A stretch of 12,523 bases of DNA from Octopus sinensis (taxonomy: Eukaryota), in NCBI RefSeq assembly GCF_006345805.1, contig NW_021826561.1, positions 1 to 12,523 of the forward strand. Reading direction: 5' to 3'. Position numbers and translations under genes: made by a program. Numbering within the stretch: the first letter of the stretch is position 1; each line of letters starts with the position of its first letter. Shown here one piece after another: positions 7,712 through 12,523 of the stretch. The notes under the pieces were generated by a model. That model searched no databases. It was given only the letters and a program-made list of their open reading frames with translations, and was not told the origin of the DNA.

Positions 7712-8189
7712 AAAACACTTCCTTATAAAAAAAATATACATGTGTGTGTATGTGTGTGTAAATTATTGGGAAGTAAACAAACCAACGCTGGTTTCCAAGC
7801 AATAGGCTTACAACGATAGAGGCGTGCAGACACACAGATATACACACACGCAAACAGATATATATTTATATATGCGAGAGCGGGTATCTTTAATTGAATC
7901 TACATTTTAATTAAATCTGCAATTAAATCTACATACCTTTAATTAAAATGAATAAAAACTAGAATTGTTTATTAAAGATACTCAAAGTATTCTCTCATTA
8001 TCCCCTGCTTAGCGTTATCCGAGTGACCTCGTCCTAACTTAAGAGCAATAAACAGGCTAGAGAGACAAAGAGGGACCATAGGACAAATGAGAAACTGAGA
8101 TATAAATAAAGACAGCAGGAGAAAAGAAAGAGATTTAAATGTCTGTTAATACATAGTTAACAGAATAAAGCATTCAAAGAAATTAATTA

Positions 8190-8316
8190 TAAGCGCGCGC
8201 ACACGGACATGCACTTGCACACTTACACATACGCACATATAAATATACATATACATATATATATATGCATGTATATATGTATAATTCACAATATATGAAT
8301 GTGTGCATATATATGA

Positions 8317-8358
<42 letters not shown>

Positions 8359-8400
8359 AGAGAGAGAGAGAGTAGGGAGGGAAAGTCAAAGAGAAAGAGA
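8190..8400. repeat. Compound (CA)/(TA)n/(GA)n microsatellite block
   Basis: Read directly; a further (GA)n lies at ~8499-8525. Confidence 0.9.
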
Positions 8401-8974
8401 TATGTTTAGGATACAATATTTATCAGAGGGTAATGTTCTGGTGATGAGATTAAACAAAGGCAGACAAAGAAAGATGGGTAGGGGAGACACTTACATTAAG
8501 AGAGAGAGAGAAGAGAGAGAGAGAGAAGCAGTGAGAGATGAAGAGAAAGCGAGAGATGTTAAAGACATGAAAACGGGAACTACATGGTTAAATGGCTAAA
8601 AAGTTTGTTGAAGAGGTAGAGAGAAAGAGAGAAATATAAAGGACTTAGTAGAGGGAATTTTTTTAAATATATCATTGTGAGTGGAAGAGAAATACTTAGC
8701 AAGATAAAAATAAAAATGCAAATCGTCCCTTCTTTTTTAAATAGCTTCTCTTAATCTTTCTCGTTCTGTGGAATTTCCACGGGTCCAACAAGTACACATA
8801 AATGTAAGAGAACCACGTATATGAATGTATATTTGCATGTGTGCTCGTAAGTATGCATGCATATATTTATGTATGCGTACGTGTGTCTCTGTGTTTGTCT
8901 GCATATGTGTGTTAGTGATTTGCATCTATGTGTTTGTATTTGCGTCCACCAACCTCATTTTTATAAAAGATGTT

Positions 8975-9130
8975 TGTTGGTTTACGTCTATGTGATTTAT
9001 CGATTCGTCGAAAAGAAATGATACTATAAGTATCAGAGTTTTAAATCAATAAACACCAAAGTAGATTTGATCCCGTAAGCTCCTCGGGGTAGTGTCTCAG
9101 CATGGTCACCGCCAATGACTAAAACCAAGC
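8975..9130 (+). mobile_element. Diverged 3' half of SINE type A
   Basis: ggtttacgtc...gattcgtcgaaaagaaatgatactataagtatcag and cagcatggtcaccgccaatgactaaaaccaag align with 2670-2825. Preceded by a degenerate TG/TA tract (8815-8940). Confidence 0.65.
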
Positions 9131-9136
9131 TAGACA

Positions 9137-9281
9137 TAAGCGTGGTTTTGATTGTAAGAATTTTCCTTCACAACCATGTGATCGTGGGTTCAGTTCACTG
9201 TGCGGCACTCTAGGCTGATGTCTTATACCAAAACCTTGTAAATTGATTCGGTAGACAAATCCACTTGCATCTATATATATA

Positions 9282-9346
<65 letters not shown>

Positions 9347-9394
9347 CGTGCGTGTGTGTGTATGTGTGTGCGTCTGTGTGTTTGTGTGTGTGTA
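9137..9394 (+). mobile_element. Diverged 5' half of SINE type A plus its (TA)(TG)n microsatellite
   Basis: caaccatgtgatcgtgggttcagttcactgtgcggcac and ccaaaaccttgtaaattgattcggtagac match the SINE A head. Microsatellite 9272-9394. Confidence 0.7.
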
Positions 9395-9398
9395 TAAC

Positions 9399-10143
9399 AC
9401 AGTATAATAATATATCATAATATTAATTCTCCGATTTGAAGCAACAATTTTTAAACACAAACAAATGACTGGAAAATGATGAGCAAGCCTCAGGCAGAAT
9501 TGAATCCACAAATTGTGTAGTTAAAAGATATTTCACAGGATACATCAAAACAGTTGTAGAAGTTTCCTTTTATCATGTAATACTATGTAACAACTTTGCG
9601 AATATATTCCATAAAGCTGACATGGATCTAAATAATACAGTGATTCTCAGCAAAGATTCTATTTTGAATAATAGATTTTAGAACAAGATGGCCAACACTT
9701 CTAAAGATGTAATACAATATCGTCTGCAATGTGAAGATAAGACAGAAAACACAATTGTTAACGACGTTAATTATTTCAACTAAACGGAGGAATATCATGT
9801 CATGTGTGTGGTTAGACACGTACGCAGACTCACATACACACACACACACACACGCATACATATATTACACGCACGCGCACATTCATAAGCACACACATAC
9901 TTAACACACACACACATGCACAATATGTGATCAAAGCGGTACATACACAGGCGCATACACTCACACAAATACGTCCACATATATACATACACATGCACAC
10001 ACACGCACACACACACACCACACACACACACATATACATATATATAGCGTGCACACACTCATATGGCGCACACATATTGCATACTCACACGCACAAGCAC
10101 AACACGAATAAAGTGAATACATAAGATGTAACATACGGTGACA

Positions 10144-10183
<40 letters not shown>

Positions 10184-10690
10184 ACACACACACACAACGC
10201 ACAGTAAAAGTAAATATAAGACTAGGGAACAATTTTCGTTGAATTAGATCACACACTTGTTTTTGACTCACTTTATATTAGAAGCCATTTCCCAACCGCA
10301 TCATTTAGTTTTGTCTGGGGAGAGTCATTTTTTTTTGTGCCTTATTATTTAAAACACTCACCGGTAAAATTTCCACTTTTTTCTTATTTTTTATTTTTCT
10401 AAAATTTTCGTTGCGTGTTGCAACCTTTTCAATAGTTTTGAGAGTCAAAAAACTATTGAAAAGGTTGCAACACGCAACGAACATTTTAGAAAAATAAAAA
10501 ATAAGGAAAAAGTGGAAATGTTACCGGTGAGTGTTTTAAATAATAAGGCACAAAAAAAAATGACTCTCCCCAGACAAAACTAAATGATGCGGTTGGGAAA
10601 TGGCTTCTAATATAAAGTGAGTCAAAAACAAGTGTGTGATCTAATTCAACGAAAATTGTTCCATAGTCTTATATTTACTTTTACTGTGCG

Positions 10691-10738
<48 letters not shown>

Positions 10739-11350
10739 GTGTGCGTGTGTATGTATATATGTGGACGTATTTGTGTGAGTGTATGAGCCTGTGTATGTAT
10801 CGCTTTGATCACATATTGTGCATGTGTGTGTGTGTGTGTTAAGTATGTGTGTGCTTATGAATGTGCGCGTGCGTGTAATATATGTATGCGTGTGTGTGTG
10901 TGTGTGTGTGTGTATGTGAGTCTGCGTACGTGTCTAACCACACACATGACATGATATTCCCCAGTTTAGTTGAAATAATTAACGTCGTTAACAATTGTGT
11001 TTTCTGTCTTATCTTCACATTGCAGACGATATTGTATTACATCTTTAGAAGTGTTGACCATCTTGCTCTAAAATCTATTATTCAAAATAGAATCTTTGCT
11101 GAGAATCACTGTATTATTTAGATCCATGTCAGCTTTATGGAATATATTCGCAAAGTTGTTACATAGTATTACATGATAAAAGGAAACTTCTACAACTGTT
11201 TTGATGTATCCTGTGAAATATCTTTTAACTACACAATTTGTGTATTCAATTCTGCCTGAGGTTAGCTCATCATTTTCCAGTCACTTGTTTGTGTTTAAAA
11301 ATTGTTGCTTCAAATCGGAGAATTAATATTATGATATATTATTATACTGT
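9399..11350. repeat. Large near-perfect inverted repeat (fold-back palindrome): arms 9399-10441 and 10445-11350, 3-nt centre
   Basis: Arms are reverse complements along their length (e.g. acagtataataatatatcataatattaattctccg at 9399 vs cggagaattaatattatgatatattattatactgt ending at 11350). About a dozen or more substitutions by eye, microsatellite length differences, and a ~110-bp block (10033-10140) present only in the left arm. Tip TTTTGA-gag-TCAAAA at 10436-10450. Confidence 0.97.
10250..10640. mobile_element. Probable palindromic MITE-like element at the core of the large inverted repeat
   Basis: Non-microsatellite self-complementary core. An independently diverged copy of one of its segments lies at 11383-11427. 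Outer boundaries are a guess. Confidence 0.4.
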
Positions 11351-11427
11351 TAAATAATATTATACTGTTCAATAATATACTGTTAAATAATAAGGCACAA
11401 AAAGAAAATGACTCTCCCAGACACAAC
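11341..11427 (+). repeat. Junction stutter (three 15-18-bp direct repeats) plus third copy of the core motif
   Basis: attatactgttaaataat / attatactgttcaataat / atactgttaaataat (11341-11391), running into aaggcacaaaaagaaaatgactctcccagacacaac, homologous to 10536-10580 and to the reverse complement of 10308-10352. Confidence 0.9.
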
Positions 11428-11589
11428 AGAATATGATTCAACACACGAACTCATATAAAGAATCTTGCAAACTAAATCCAAAACCGAAATATCATGTAGT
11501 TAACTGTACATACATACACAGATGTATTTTTTGGTTGGAAAAATATAGAGCTGTACTTATAAAATCAGAAATACGAATTTATGAATATG

Positions 11590-12523
11590 TGTGTGTGCGT
11601 GTTTGTATGTGTACTAGAGTGCGTGTACGTGTGTGTGTGTGTGTGTGTACCAGAGTGCATGTGCGTGTGTCTGTGTGTGTTTGTATGTGTACCAGAGTGC
11701 GTGTGTACCAGAGTGCATGTGCGTGTGTGTATGTGTGTGTTTGTAAGTGTACCAGAGTGCGTGTGTGCGTGTGTGCATGTGTTTGTATGTGTACCAGTGT
11801 GTGTGTGTGTGTGTGTTCCAGAGTGCATGTGCGTGTGTGTGTGTGTGTTTGTATATATACCAGAGTGCGTGTGCATGTGTGTGTGTGTTTGTAAGTGTAC
11901 CAGAGTGCGTGTGTGCGTGTGTATGTGTACCAGAGTGCGTGTGTGCGTGTGTATGTGTGCGTTTGTATGTGTACCAGAGTGCGTGTGTGCGTGTGTGTGT
12001 ATGTGTGTGTGTGTTTGTATGTATACCAGAGTGCGTGTGTATGTGTGTGGATCAGAGTGCATGTGCGTGTGTCTGTGTGTGTTTGTATGTGTACCAGAGT
12101 GCGTGTGTGCGTGTGTGTGTGTGTGTTTGTATGTGTACCAGAGTGCGTGTGTATGTGTGTTTGTATGTATACCAGAGTGCGTGTGCGTGTGTGGGTGTGT
12201 GTGTGTTTGTATGTGTACCAGAGTGCGTGTGTGCGTGTGTGTGTGTGTTTGTACGTATACCAGAGTGCGTGTGTATGTGTGTTTGTATGTATACCAGAGT
12301 GCGTGTGCGTGTGTGGGTGTGTGTGTGTTTGTATGTGTACCAGAGTGCGTGTGTGCGTGTGTGTGTGTGTGTTTGTATGTATACCAGAGTGCGTGTGTAT
12401 GTGTGTTTGTATGTATACCAGAGTGAGTGTGTTTGTATATATACCAGAGTGCGTGTGTGCGTGGGTGTGTTTTTGGTTTGTACTATACCAGAGTGCGTGT
12501 GTATGTGTGCTTGTATGTATACC
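11590..12523. repeat. GT-rich minisatellite: ~24 units anchored on TACCAGAGTGC, 16-52 bp each, running off the window end
   Basis: Anchor positions 11613, 11649, 11691, 11707 ... 12443, 12487; all spacings are even numbers. Confidence 0.95.

Noticed and set aside
7982-8037. Possible minus-strand exon (LGRGHSDNAKQGIMREYF)
   Set aside because: The acceptor is plausible but the donor (GA|GTATCT) is weak and the peptide is unrecognised.
10430-10457. Sequencing hairpin adapter at the palindrome centre
   Set aside because: The centre is AT-rich genomic-type sequence with no recognisable adapter, and the arms differ by substitutions and a deletion. An artefact is less likely but needs read-level confirmation.
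11581-12426. 281-aa Cys/Val-rich ORF and the opposite 165-aa His/Thr-rich ORF (11565-12062)
   Set aside because: Both are translations of the GT-rich minisatellite, which lacks stops by composition. No splice or promoter support.
11590-12523. CRISPR-like appearance (constant motif with variable spacers)
   Set aside because: The anchor is only ~11 bp, spacers are related low-complexity GT repeats, there are no cas genes and the context is eukaryotic.

Overview
AT-rich, microsatellite-dense eukaryotic DNA, almost entirely non-coding and probably intronic or intergenic. The SINE, LINE and MITE content looks like an octopus (coleoid cephalopod) genome; this is pattern recognition, not a database result. 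I see no intact gene, only one 47-nt candidate coding exon (380-426, +). The long ORFs in the track are artefacts of dinucleotide repeats. Mobile elements: (i) a 5'-truncated R4/Dong-clade retrotransposon inside an (AAT)n tract; (ii) a 424-bp MITE with perfect 29-bp TIRs, an unusually long 13-bp flanking direct repeat and internal TTAGGG-like units; (iii) several copies of three tRNA-derived SINE types; (iv) a decayed APE-endonuclease LINE fragment; (v) a 365-bp non-autonomous Helitron with canonical ends. The most striking structures are a ~1.95-kb fold-back palindrome (9399-11350), whose exit junction suggests how it formed, and a back-to-back pair of degenerate minimal hammerhead-ribozyme motifs (7632-7711). 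A GT-rich minisatellite with an emerging higher-order repeat closes the window.
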